64,000 nucleotides of DNA from assembly GCA_021513695.1 (NCBI GenBank), contig CP084166.1, positions 224,001 through 288,000 of the forward strand. Reading direction: 5' to 3'. Positions 18,260 through 27,509 of the stretch are shown piece by piece; the first letter of the stretch is position 1; each line of letters starts with the position of its first letter. This stretch comes from Candidatus Heimdallarchaeum aukensis (GTDB lineage Archaea > Asgardarchaeota > Heimdallarchaeia > Heimdallarchaeales > Heimdallarchaeaceae). The translations under genes and the position numbers were made by a program. Under the pieces are notes generated by a model, which worked only from the letters and a program-made list of their open reading frames with translations, was not told where the DNA came from and ran no database searches.

Positions 18260-18730
18260 TTACTCTCCAAGAATTTTTGTTTTAAGATTAGCCATTTCAA
18301 TTGCTGAAAGAGCAGCATCTACTCCTTTATTTCCCATTTTTGTTCCTGCTCGCTCTATTGCTTGTTCTAGTGTATCAGTTGTTAATATTCCGTAACTTAT
18401 TGGTACATCTAGGTTCAATGATGCTTTAGCAACTCCTTTTGATACTTCACTGGCTACGTAATCAAAATGTGGCGTTGCACCTCTAATAACTGCCCCCAGA
18501 GCTATTATTGCATCATATTTTTTCTTTTCGCCCATTATTTTGAGAGTATAAGGTATTTCAAAAGCTCCTGGAGTCCATACTACATCTATATCTTCATTCT
18601 CGACTTCATGTCGTATTAATGTATCTATGGCTCCTTTTAGCAATTTACTTGTAATTAGTTCATTAAACCTACTTACAACTATTCCGATCTTTAAATTTTT
18701 TCCTGTTTGTTTTCCTTCAAAAATTTTCAT
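18260..18730 (-). CDS. ribH: 6,7-dimethyl-8-ribityllumazine synthase
   Basis: 156 aa. '[20 protein letters not shown]...[10 protein letters not shown]...[16 protein letters not shown]' is the canonical lumazine synthase core. Confidence 0.9.
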   Translation of the reverse strand: MKIFEGKQTGKNLKIGIVVSRFNELITSKLLKGAIDTLIRHEVENEDIDVVWTPGAFEIPYTLKIMGEKKKYDAIIALGAVIRGATPHFDYVASEVSKGVAKASLNLDVPISYGILTTDTLEQAIERAGTKMGNKGVDAALSAIEMANLKTKILGE

Positions 18731-18741
18731 TTATACTCCTC

Positions 18742-19944
18742 TCAATTATCGATAATATTCAACAAATGACCCAATTTCTCTTGTTTCGCTTTTAAGTAAG
18801 CATAATTTTGTATATTAGGATCCATTCTCAAAGGTATTCTCTGTGCTATTTTTATGTTGTATTTCTCAAGTTTTTTTATTTTATCAGGATTGTTTGTTAA
18901 TATTCTGATCTCGTTTATTCCTAAATCTTTCAAAATATCCGCAGCTATCTTATAATCTCGCAAATCTGCAGGAAAACCTAATTTTAGATTTGCATCGAAA
19001 GTATCATATCCACACTCTTGAAGTTTGTAAGCTTTCAATTTATTTAATAAACCAATTCCTCTTCCTTCTTGTCTTAAATAGAGTAGTACTCCCGTTCCTT
19101 CCTCTGCTATCATTTCCATAGATTTCTCAAGTTGCGAACCACAATCACATTTTAATGATTTTAAAACATCACCTGTAAGACATTCAGAATGTAATCGGAT
19201 CAATATTGACTGATTTTCTTTTATTTCTCCTTTAATTAAAGCAATATGTTCTAATCCATTATACTTGTCGCTATAACCTATAATCTTGAATGTTCCAAAT
19301 TTTGTAGGTATATTTGTTTCTACTACACGTTCAACAAAGCTCTCATTTTTTAATCTATATTCAATCAATGAAGATATTGTTATAATTTTCAATCCATATC
19401 TTTGAGCAAAAGAGAGTAACTCTGGAACTCTTGCCATGTGTCCATCATCTTTTATTATTTCGCAAATAACAGCTGCGGGAAAAGCATTACAGATTTTTGC
19501 TAAATCAACAGATGCTTCTGTATGTCCCTCTCTTTTTAGAACTCCTCCTTCTACAGCAATTAAAGGAAAAATGTGTCCGGGTCGTCTGAAATCTTCTGCT
19601 TTTTTAGTACGGTCTGTAATGTCACGAACAGTTTTTGCACGTTCATAAGCAGAAATTCCTGTAGTACAATCAATACTGTCAATCGATACCGTAAAAGCAG
19701 TTTGGTTGGGATCATTATTCTTTGTAACCATAAGAGACAAGTTTAACTCTCTTGCTCTTTCAGAAGTAATGGGCACACAGACCAACCCTCGAGCAAAACG
19801 GATCATAAAATTAATTGTATCTGGTGTGATTCTATCGGCTAAAGCTACAAGATCTCCCTCATTCTCTCTCTCTTCATTATCAATTACAATGATACATTTT
19901 CCTTCTTTTAAATCTTTTATGGCTTCTTCTATTGAATTAAACAT
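18742..19944 (-). CDS. ribBA: Bifunctional 3,4-dihydroxy-2-butanone-4-phosphate synthase / GTP cyclohydrolase II
   Basis: 400 aa. N-terminal '[17 protein letters not shown]' (RibB). C-terminal '[20 protein letters not shown]' zinc site and '[19 protein letters not shown]' (RibA). Confidence 0.9.
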   Translation of the reverse strand: MFNSIEEAIKDLKEGKCIIVIDNEERENEGDLVALADRITPDTINFMIRFARGLVCVPITSERARELNLSLMVTKNNDPNQTAFTVSIDSIDCTTGISAYERAKTVRDITDRTKKAEDFRRPGHIFPLIAVEGGVLKREGHTEASVDLAKICNAFPAAVICEIIKDDGHMARVPELLSFAQRYGLKIITISSLIEYRLKNESFVERVVETNIPTKFGTFKIIGYSDKYNGLEHIALIKGEIKENQSILIRLHSECLTGDVLKSLKCDCGSQLEKSMEMIAEEGTGVLLYLRQEGRGIGLLNKLKAYKLQECGYDTFDANLKLGFPADLRDYKIAADILKDLGINEIRILTNNPDKIKKLEKYNIKIAQRIPLRMDPNIQNYAYLKAKQEKLGHLLNIIDN

Positions 19945-19954
19945 TTAACCACTC

Positions 19955-20611
19955 CTAAAAACTATGTTCAAACAAAAATTCTTTTGAAAGAATGATTGAT
20001 TGCCTTTTCTCCTCATTGAACTTTTGCAGCAAATGTTCAACATATTTTGATAATATGTCGCACTCGATATTAACTACAGAACCTATCGAATATTTTCTCA
20101 TGATAGTATTTTCCAAAGTATGAGGAATAATAGAGACAGTAAAGCTACTAGAATTTTTATAGACACCGACAACAGTCAAACTTACACCATCAATAGCAAT
20201 CGAACCCTTTGGAACAATATAATTTAGAAGAAATGAACGAGTTTTTATTCTAAAAATTATTGAATTTTGTTTTGTTTCTTTCTTAACTATTTCTCCCATG
20301 GCATCAACATGCCCTTGTACAAAGTGGCCGTTTAATCGATCTTGTAACTTCAAAGCTCTCTCAAGATTAACAAATGAACCTCTCTGAAGAAATTTTAGAT
20401 TTGTTCGTTCTAATGTTTCTGGCATCATATCAGCTGTAAAGGCTGTACTAGTAAAACCAGTAACTGTTAAACATACTCCATTAACAGAAATACTTTCTCC
20501 AATACGTATATCTTGTAAAACTGTTCTAGCCTTTATCTCAATTTTACACTGGCTTCTTGACCTATTTAGATGATTAACTAAACCTATTTCTTCAATAATT
20601 CCTGTAAACAT
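19955..20611 (-). CDS. ribE: Riboflavin synthase, alpha subunit (bacterial/eukaryal type)
   Basis: 218 aa. 'MFTGIIEEIG' N terminus. Internal duplication with 'GESISVNGVCLTV' and 'GSIAIDGVSLTV' half-site repeats. Confidence 0.85.
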   Translation of the reverse strand: MFTGIIEEIGLVNHLNRSRSQCKIEIKARTVLQDIRIGESISVNGVCLTVTGFTSTAFTADMMPETLERTNLKFLQRGSFVNLERALKLQDRLNGHFVQGHVDAMGEIVKKETKQNSIIFRIKTRSFLLNYIVPKGSIAIDGVSLTVVGVYKNSSSFTVSIIPHTLENTIMRKYSIGSVVNIECDILSKYVEHLLQKFNEEKRQSIILSKEFLFEHSF

Positions 20612-20993
20612 TGGTTCGACCTACATTGTTCCATTTGTGTGAAATTACGGTAATTTGAATTTAGGAACTCTAATTGAATTAAAAACCTACTCATATATTA
20701 ACATTGTTACTCATATACTGGTAATTGCTCTATAGAGAAAACAAAGAAAAGAGTATTTTAAACGTAATTCTTTGTTATTATTCAAAAATAGGAGTACAAA
20801 ACTGTCAAAATATATAAAATACTAAACAAATTATTTTGATAAATCTGTTTTAAAATTAATTAAAAAACTTTCAAATAAAGAATAAGACCCTCAACAACCT
20901 TCTATGGCTTTACTTTTTAGTTTTGTTTTTTTATATCTGTTCTAAAAAGATGCCTTTTTGTAACAACCTCTTTCTTATTTATTACCCCCTTTA

Positions 20994-21028
20994 TTTCGAG
21001 TGGAAAGACCTTTTTTTCGAGTGGAAAA
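20994..21028. repeat. Tandem direct repeat 'TTTCGAGTGGAAA(G/A)' x2 with 21-bp spacing, ~390 bp upstream of the rib operon start
   Basis: Copies at 20994-21007 and 21015-21028. They lie in the 550-bp intergenic region between the HlyIII-like gene and ribE. Candidate operator or protein-binding site, function unknown. Confidence 0.4.
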
Positions 21029-21163
21029 AATGATAGATAAAAGATTGGAATCATTAAAGTAGGACGTTGTAATAGGTCTGAAAATTTATTTAAAATGTAA
21101 TAATTTGAAAACTTAATTTCATTACTTTCTGGTAATAAGTATTAAATGAGGAAAAAGTAGAAA

Positions 21164-21802
21164 TTAAATTCCACTAGATATTAAGATATAGTGCAAAGCT
21201 GCTCCTATTATTATGAAGATATGGAAAAATTCATGTCCTTCAATTACTCCAGGAATGAGAATAGGCTTTTTGTAATAGCTCATTATCGCACCGACAGTGT
21301 AAGCAATTCCCCCTAAAAATAAAAACATAATCTTAACAAATCCTAGATTATTTAACATGTAAGGTAGAGCAAGGACTGCTAACCAACCCATTATTATGTA
21401 CATAGTTGTATCCCATATATTTTTTTTCTTTATTTTTTTAGACAACTTGAGATAAACGCCTGCTATAGCTACAATCCACTCTATAATAATCATGGGGATA
21501 TAGTATAATTTGGGAAGGAAAAGATAAGAAATAATGGTATAAGAGCCTGCAATCATTAGGTAAATAGCTGCATGATCTATTTTTCTTGCCAACAATTTCT
21601 CGTAATTATCACCCTTTTGGGAGTGATATATGGCACTAGCACTAAACATTGCTAACATACAGATTGAATAAAGAAGAGCAATAAAGAATACTCTTAAATC
21701 ACTAAAACTGTTAATAAGAAGAAAAACTGAACCAATTAAAGCTAAAACAGCTCCTAATGCATGACTAATAGTGTTAAAGGTTTCTTGTTTATTGTAGAAC
21801 AT
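21164..21802 (-). CDS. Hemolysin-III / PAQR-family 7-TM membrane protein
   Basis: 212 aa. Seven predicted TM segments and a C-terminal 'GHEFFHIFIIIGAALHY' His motif, characteristic of the HlyIII/AdipoR family. Confidence 0.7.
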   Translation of the reverse strand: MFYNKQETFNTISHALGAVLALIGSVFLLINSFSDLRVFFIALLYSICMLAMFSASAIYHSQKGDNYEKLLARKIDHAAIYLMIAGSYTIISYLFLPKLYYIPMIIIEWIVAIAGVYLKLSKKIKKKNIWDTTMYIIMGWLAVLALPYMLNNLGFVKIMFLFLGGIAYTVGAIMSYYKKPILIPGVIEGHEFFHIFIIIGAALHYILISSGI

Positions 21803-21916
21803 AAGTAATGGTTTTCTAACTTGTATTTATTTATTTTCAAACAAAATTTTGTTAACCTAATTTTTGGAAAAAAGAAAGACTAATTAAGACAATGAATCTT
21901 TCGAAGTTAGACAAAG

Positions 21917-22798
21917 ATGGTTAGACGACCAAAAAAAGAATACTGGCTTGAAGAAGAAGCAGAAAAAATGATTTTAGAACTAGAAAATGGAGCAAAGTTA
22001 AGAATACTTTATTTTAAAGCAAAAAATAAAAGCAAAGAGACTTTAAATTTAGTGTTCTATTCTGGTTTTATTTCTTATGTTTATATCTGGGAAAAAGCTA
22101 TAGAAAAACTCCGAGAAAAGCATGATATTTACTTTATAGAAACAAGAGAAAAAGAATTTTCACGCTTTCCTAAAGATGAAGTAGTATATAACACAGAAAC
22201 TTTAGCTGAAGATTTCGTTTTGGTTCTTAAAGAATGTAAAATAATAGGGCATGATTTAGAAAATACTGTATTTATAGGTTCTTCAATAGCTTCTGTAGCT
22301 ATGCTTGAAGCAATGGGAAAATATGACATTAATCCTCTGATATCTTTCCACTCTTCTCCTCAAATGAAATATACAGCAGCTGACAGAAGAAAAAATATGC
22401 ATATAGTAGGAAGAATACCCTATTTTATTGTTCTTCTCATTAAACCACTGATTTTCTTCTTTTATGGTTTGAAATTTAGAAAGGATAGAGATTCTGCAAG
22501 AAGAAGAAAACATACATTAGCCAGATTGCTGCAACCTTCTCAACAAAAATGGATGAGAAAAGCTAAAACATTTGCAGCACCATATGAAGTAGATAAAGAA
22601 GCTCTAAAAAAGATTAAGTCCCCAGTAATAATAATTGGTGCAAAAGAAGATCCAGAACACGATGAAGAAGAAGTACAAAAACTAATAAATCTTATTCCTA
22701 GGAGCAAGTTCAGAAAAGTTAAAGAAAAAGCAGATACTCACAACGAAGTCTTAGCTGAGATAGTTTTTGAAGAATTAAGCAAATTAAGGAAAAAGTGA
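21917..22798 (+). CDS. Alpha/beta-hydrolase-like protein (putative)
   Basis: 293 aa. 'TVFIGSSIASVAMLEA' nucleophile-elbow-like motif. Lys/Glu-rich C-terminal tail. Confidence 0.45.
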   Translation: MVRRPKKEYWLEEEAEKMILELENGAKLRILYFKAKNKSKETLNLVFYSGFISYVYIWEKAIEKLREKHDIYFIETREKEFSRFPKDEVVYNTETLAEDFVLVLKECKIIGHDLENTVFIGSSIASVAMLEAMGKYDINPLISFHSSPQMKYTAADRRKNMHIVGRIPYFIVLLIKPLIFFFYGLKFRKDRDSARRRKHTLARLLQPSQQKWMRKAKTFAAPYEVDKEALKKIKSPVIIIGAKEDPEHDEEEVQKLINLIPRSKFRKVKEKADTHNEVLAEIVFEELSKLRKK

Positions 22799-22931
22799 AA
22801 AAAAGAACTTTGCCCTAAATAATCAGAATAGTGTTTAGGAAATGATTCACTTTATTTTTAGACAAATCTCGCAAATATTTTTATAATAGTCAATTTTTTT
22901 TTAAGATATAACTCTTAAAGGCGAATTTTGT

Positions 22932-23566
22932 TTGAATATGCGAGAAAATGAAGAAATAGAAATTAAAGGAAAAAGTAAAATTAGAAGAATAGCATCTCTT
23001 GATTTTCAAAGAGGATTGGCAATTTGGATGATGGTTTTTTTACACGTCTGGAATCATATTTACGACTTTAGTTGGATAGATTTAGGAACAATATTTCAAG
23101 AAGCAAACTTTCTTTTTGGAATTTGGGTAATTTTCTGTGGATTTTTCGGCGGGTGGGCTGGATATTTCCTTTAATTTCTTCAACAGTTAACGCTTTAGCT
23201 TCTGTGAAAAAAGTAAGAAAAAGTGGAAGTGCTGAAAGAGTTTTAGCAAAGCAAATTCTTACAGGAATAGGGGTTCTTATAGCTGGAAGATTGACAGAAG
23301 CTTTTGGATACTACGGTTATTTTGAAGAGTCTTTAGGTCAGGAAAATCACTTTTTTCGATAGAAACTTGGACCGATACACACTACTACTCTTTTATTTGG
23401 AGAAGAATCTTTATGGTTGAAGCTCTTCAGATTATTGGCTGGGCTATGATAATTAACGCTGTTATTCAATTTTTCTTGATCAAGAATGGAGGAGCAGAAA
23501 AAACGGTAAGAAACTTGATGATTTATGCTTCTTTAGTTGTTCTTGTTGCTACTCCTTTCATATGAG
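22932..23566 (+). pseudogene. Disrupted DUF1624/HGSNAT-like acyltransferase-family membrane protein gene (at least 2 frameshifts plus an in-frame stop)
   Basis: Three consecutive ORF fragments in different frames (22932..23174, 23072..23362, 23424..23566) read as one membrane protein. The N terminus 'RRIASLDFQRGLAIWMMVFLHVWNH' matches the R..SLD..RG.A...M...H signature. A TAG stop at 23363 is followed by a TM-like tail in a third frame. Confidence 0.5.
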
Positions 23567-23595
23567 TTGAAATTTTACTTAATTTCTTCAGGACT

Positions 23596-23766
23596 CTACC
23601 CAACCAGTCAACAAACATATCGAAAGTTGTGAGGACTGGGTTAAGAGAACATGAAAGACACAGTCTTAAGTGAGTTCTCTAAAGGGTTCATCTCCTGATC
23701 CCGGGCACTCATCACTCCCACATGGAAGACCGGGTGTCGTAGGAATGAAACCTACGTCTTTAAGCA
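23596..23766. ncRNA. Candidate structured non-coding RNA of unknown class (GC-rich, multi-hairpin, ORF-free island)
   Basis: Local GC is well above the ~30% background. Hairpins: AGAGAAC(23645-51)/GTTCTCT(23674-80); CCCGG/CCGGG around 23700-23738; CGTAGG-AATGAAA-CCTACG at 23739-23757; AACCAGTC/GACTGGGTT at 23604-23642. The minus strand carries a C-box-like GUGAUGA. There is no ORF of at least 60 aa in 23567..24043. Confidence 0.3.
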
Positions 23767-24043
23767 TATAGATCAAAACACTAGATAAATGAGAATTGAA
23801 TATATAAAGACTGCAGAAAAGTTGTGACACTTCCCAATATCGTGTATTCTTTATTAATCCAAATGTGCTTCTGGTTGTTCTTGGTCTAATAACTCCACAA
23901 ACTAAAAATTTAGTTCTTTACGTAAAAAAGTATTTCATCAAAACTAAACTTCAGAGAGATGCTAAAATAATGTGGAATGGTTAAATTATAAAGAACTTTC
24001 CAGATCCTAACTCTTTTTTTCTTTTAAAAAAATGAGAAAAAGA

Positions 24044-24856
24044 TTACTCTTTAACTGCTTTTAAGGCAAATAAAAGAGGAAAATCAATTTTTTCATCTTT
24101 GAAGTACCAATATCTGTCTTCATGTTGTACTAAAAAAGGAAATTGCTTAAATTCACTAAACGGATATTCGTTAAACAATTCAATTTTTAGTCCTTCTTTT
24201 ATCAAAGAATTGAGGATTTCACTTATAGTATGCATCCACTCGTAAGTCTTTAAATGTTCGATTTTTTTATCAGAATCAGTGTAAGTGTATTCAGAATCAA
24301 ATTCCATTGCTTCTTTTGAGAAATAACTGTATCTAATTTTTAGTTCTTTTTCATTTTCATCATCAAAGACATGTGAGAGAGGGTGCGATTCTACAATTAG
24401 AAAATTTCCACCTTTTCTTAAAAATTTGGAAATTATTTCTGCCCATTTTCTTATGTCAGGTAACCAAGGTAGAACACCATAAGTAGTGAAAACAATATCA
24501 AACTTTTCTTTTAGAAGCTTATCAAGATCATAAATGTTTGCACAAATAAATTTAGCACGAACATTAATTTGTTCACTTAATTTTTTGGCAAAGGTAATAG
24601 CTTTTTCAGAAAAGTCTACTCCAGTCACTTGAGCTCCCATTCTAGCTAAAGAAAGGGTATCCATTCCAAAGTGACATTGTAAATGGAGTATTTTTTTTCC
24701 TTTTATATTTCCAAGCAGTTCAAGCTCAACTGAGTGTAAAGAGTTTTTTCCTTTTAGAAAACCCTCTAAATCATAGCTTTTTGATTTTGAATGAATCTCA
24801 ACAAGTTCATCCCATCGCTTTTTATTTGTTTCCATAAATTCTTTGTTGCTATCCAT
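24044..24856 (-). CDS. Class I SAM-dependent methyltransferase
   Basis: 270 aa. 'KILHLQCHFGMDTLSLARMGAQVTGVDFS' is motif I (GxGxG-like) with an acidic motif II downstream. Confidence 0.75.
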   Translation of the reverse strand: MDSNKEFMETNKKRWDELVEIHSKSKSYDLEGFLKGKNSLHSVELELLGNIKGKKILHLQCHFGMDTLSLARMGAQVTGVDFSEKAITFAKKLSEQINVRAKFICANIYDLDKLLKEKFDIVFTTYGVLPWLPDIRKWAEIISKFLRKGGNFLIVESHPLSHVFDDENEKELKIRYSYFSKEAMEFDSEYTYTDSDKKIEHLKTYEWMHTISEILNSLIKEGLKIELFNEYPFSEFKQFPFLVQHEDRYWYFKDEKIDFPLLFALKAVKE

Positions 24857-24967
24857 TATGGAAAACTGAAAAGTTAGCTAATAAGAATTTCTATATATTA
24901 TCTTTTACAATATTTTAAATAGAAGTTTTTTCTAAATAGGCAAAAAGCAAATACCTACGAAGAGTAG

Positions 24968-26365
24968 ATGATCTTGAATTTTAGAAAAATATCTATCAAA
25001 GAAAATTTATTGAAAATGGTTATTCCTTTAGTACTATTCATCATTTCAATTACTGTTCGTTTACTCCTCAGAAAATGGTTTTATGCAAATTATGATGTAA
25101 CACATTATATTTCTGAAGAAGGATACTATTGGGAAACATATTTAGACGCAGATACTTACTATCAGTACTACCTTTACGCTTTTAAGCATGAAAATTGGTT
25201 AATTTACGATCCTTCCAGTCCATATCCTCTCTCAGGATATGTTTATGGCCCTTTATTCGTATACTTTTTGACTATACTATCTTATTTTGTAGGTATATTT
25301 TTTCCTAACTCCACAAAACTTGAAATAGCTTGGAAAACAGTGATTTTTGCCCCTCAATTGTTTGACTCTCTATCAACAGTTGTTATTTATTATATTATTA
25401 AAGCAATGGCAAAAGAGATATCAGAAGAAAAAGTAAAAAGCAAAGTAAGAACAGAAATAATAGCTATTTCTACTTCCATCATTTTCATTTTTATGCCTGT
25501 AGTTTTATTCTACAATAATTTTCTTTATCTTAATTCTTATATGTATACCTTCTATGCGTTACTAGCTTTCTTATTTCTGATAAAAGAAAAGTTTGATCTT
25601 TCTGCATTTTGGTTAGCTATCTCGATAATGACAAAGCAATTATCTCTTTTTCTTCTCCCACTGTGGTTTTTGTATATTTTTAGAATAGATAAGAAAAAAG
25701 CGCTGAGATATGGGATTTTAACTTTCTTACTAGGTTCACTTCTTTCTCTTCCTTGGATAGTTCTTTTTCCTGAAAGCTTTTTGGTAAGAATGTTTTTTCA
25801 AGGTACTCCTAAACTCACTTCTTTCTCTATTGAATATAGATGGATTTTATGGTCAACAACTCCTTTCCATGCTTTCCTGTATTGGGGCTGGGATAAAGCT
25901 GCTTTGTTTTACTTTAAACTGAATCAGAAATATATTCCTTTTATAATATTCAATGTTTTGAGCTATTTCTGGATTATTTTAACAGGAAAAAAACTCAACG
26001 AAAATAAAAGTAATTTATTAACATCTCAAGCTCTTTTTGCTCTAGGGATGCACATTTTTCTGTCTAGAGGATGTTACAAATATTATGACGCATTTTTTAT
26101 TCCTTTTGTAATTCTTGCTTTAGGAGGAAAAACATTATCAATAAAGAGAGATTGGTTAAAAATCCTATATCTAAGTTCCTTTAGCATATGGATTTTCTTC
26201 TTAAATTTGTGGATAGTAATTAAAATTAAGTGGTTACATCAATTTTATGTTTTCTTGATATTTCTGACGGTATTATTGTTAATTGATGAAGATCTATTTC
26301 TTTACTTATTTAAGAAAGAAGCTTACTCCTCAATTATCAAAGAAATAGATTTTAGAAGAAAATAG
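24968..26365 (+). CDS. Polytopic membrane protein, GT-C-like glycosyltransferase candidate
   Basis: 465 aa with more than 10 predicted TM segments. Aromatic-rich periplasmic loop 'YDPSSPYPLSGYVYGPLFVY'. Layout resembles PMT/ArnT/DUF2029-type transferases. Function is low-confidence. Confidence 0.4.
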   Translation: MILNFRKISIKENLLKMVIPLVLFIISITVRLLLRKWFYANYDVTHYISEEGYYWETYLDADTYYQYYLYAFKHENWLIYDPSSPYPLSGYVYGPLFVYFLTILSYFVGIFFPNSTKLEIAWKTVIFAPQLFDSLSTVVIYYIIKAMAKEISEEKVKSKVRTEIIAISTSIIFIFMPVVLFYNNFLYLNSYMYTFYALLAFLFLIKEKFDLSAFWLAISIMTKQLSLFLLPLWFLYIFRIDKKKALRYGILTFLLGSLLSLPWIVLFPESFLVRMFFQGTPKLTSFSIEYRWILWSTTPFHAFLYWGWDKAALFYFKLNQKYIPFIIFNVLSYFWIILTGKKLNENKSNLLTSQALFALGMHIFLSRGCYKYYDAFFIPFVILALGGKTLSIKRDWLKILYLSSFSIWIFFLNLWIVIKIKWLHQFYVFLIFLTVLLLIDEDLFLYLFKKEAYSSIIKEIDFRRK

Positions 26366-26428
26366 ACTTATCACTTATATTTCTATTATTATGTATGTTC
26401 TTGGAAATTTTTAAGATTAATTATTGAT

Positions 26429-27424
26429 TTGTTGTTAGTGTTAAAACAAAAAAGAAATAAAAAGATAGTTTGTGCTCTTACAATGACCTCTCTACGCGAA
26501 ATTATCAAACCAAACAAAAAGTTCAATCTAATCAATTTAGATGAAAAAAAAACTGTAGAATTTTGGATTATTTGCTTAGTTGTTGTTATAGATTTGATTT
26601 TTTCAGTTATCATAAATTTGGTTATTTATCGCTTTGGAATATTTAATTGGATTTACGATATAACAGGTTTTGTAACGCCAACAATGCTTGCTTATACAAT
26701 ATTATATTTAGTTATTATAGGTTTATTAATAATTTATTTAGGAAAGCTAAAACCTAAAGATTTAGGATTTTCAACTAGCAAACTTTGGCAAGGTGTTTTA
26801 ATTGTGTTTGTTGGTTGGTTCATTATTCAAATTGCAGGTGTAATTTATTCACTAATTATAAGTGGGACATTAACAATTGATAGTTATATGGTTCAATCTT
26901 CTGCAAAGTTAATAATTATAAAAAACGTTGTTCAATGGTTTTTTAATGCACCATTTGAAGAATTTTTATTTAGAGAATTTTTACTTACACAACTATATTT
27001 ACAGTTCAAAAATAGATTAATTGATGATCCTAAATCGGTTAAGAAGTCTCTAACTCGTTCTTTGATAATATCACAACTAATATTCTCGTTTATGCATATT
27101 CCAAATCGTATTCTATGGGTAGTGAGTTCAGAAAGTTATACTGTAAAAGAAATAATCTGGGCAGCGGTTAATCCTCTTCAATACGGAGTTTTGTTCCTAA
27201 TAGGATTAACATTTGCCATGTTGTATCACAGGACTGATAATATTTTCATTGTTATAGGAATACATGCACTTTTTAATGAACCTAACTCTTTGTTCTTTCC
27301 TAAATGGATAGGTTCAATCTTAATTTATGTTCTTGCAATAATTATAATCCTTTTCTATCCGTTTTTCTTGAGTAAATACTCTAAAGAAAAAGAAATAATT
27401 ATTGAAAAAGATAAAATCCCTTAA
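26429..27424 (+). CDS. CPBP-family intramembrane metalloprotease (CAAX protease / Abi domain)
   Basis: 331 aa. 'FEEFLFREFLL' (EExxxR), 'FSFMHIPNR' (FxxxH) and 'IHALFNEP' (HxxxN) in consecutive TM helices. Confidence 0.7.
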   Translation: MLLVLKQKRNKKIVCALTMTSLREIIKPNKKFNLINLDEKKTVEFWIICLVVVIDLIFSVIINLVIYRFGIFNWIYDITGFVTPTMLAYTILYLVIIGLLIIYLGKLKPKDLGFSTSKLWQGVLIVFVGWFIIQIAGVIYSLIISGTLTIDSYMVQSSAKLIIIKNVVQWFFNAPFEEFLFREFLLTQLYLQFKNRLIDDPKSVKKSLTRSLIISQLIFSFMHIPNRILWVVSSESYTVKEIIWAAVNPLQYGVLFLIGLTFAMLYHRTDNIFIVIGIHALFNEPNSLFFPKWIGSILIYVLAIIIILFYPFFLSKYSKEKEIIIEKDKIP

Positions 27425-27509
27425 GCTTTTTCATTTTTCATCATATATTTTAGTCGTTTGCTAAACAATTGCTTCGTTTCGCTTTATATTTAAACGTAAA
27501 AGTTTTTTA

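Noticed and set aside
19436-19948. Plus-strand ORFs inside ribBA
   Set aside because: They are antisense to a high-confidence RibBA CDS.
20612-21163. Possible FMN riboswitch (RFN element) in the leader of the bacterial-type rib operon
   Set aside because: The minus-strand reading of the leader is uniformly AT-rich. It lacks the conserved GC-rich RFN helices and the characteristic GGAUG and AGUCCG segments. I cannot support a riboswitch; cmsearch would be decisive.
23596-23766. Specific assignment of the structured segment as SRP RNA, a tRNA or a C/D-box sRNA
   Set aside because: Only partial resemblances are visible: GUGCCCGGGAU similar to the 4.5S domain IV 3' strand, and one GUGAUGA C-box. 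There is no matching partner strand, T-loop, D-box spacing or guide arrangement. It is kept only as an unclassified ncRNA candidate.
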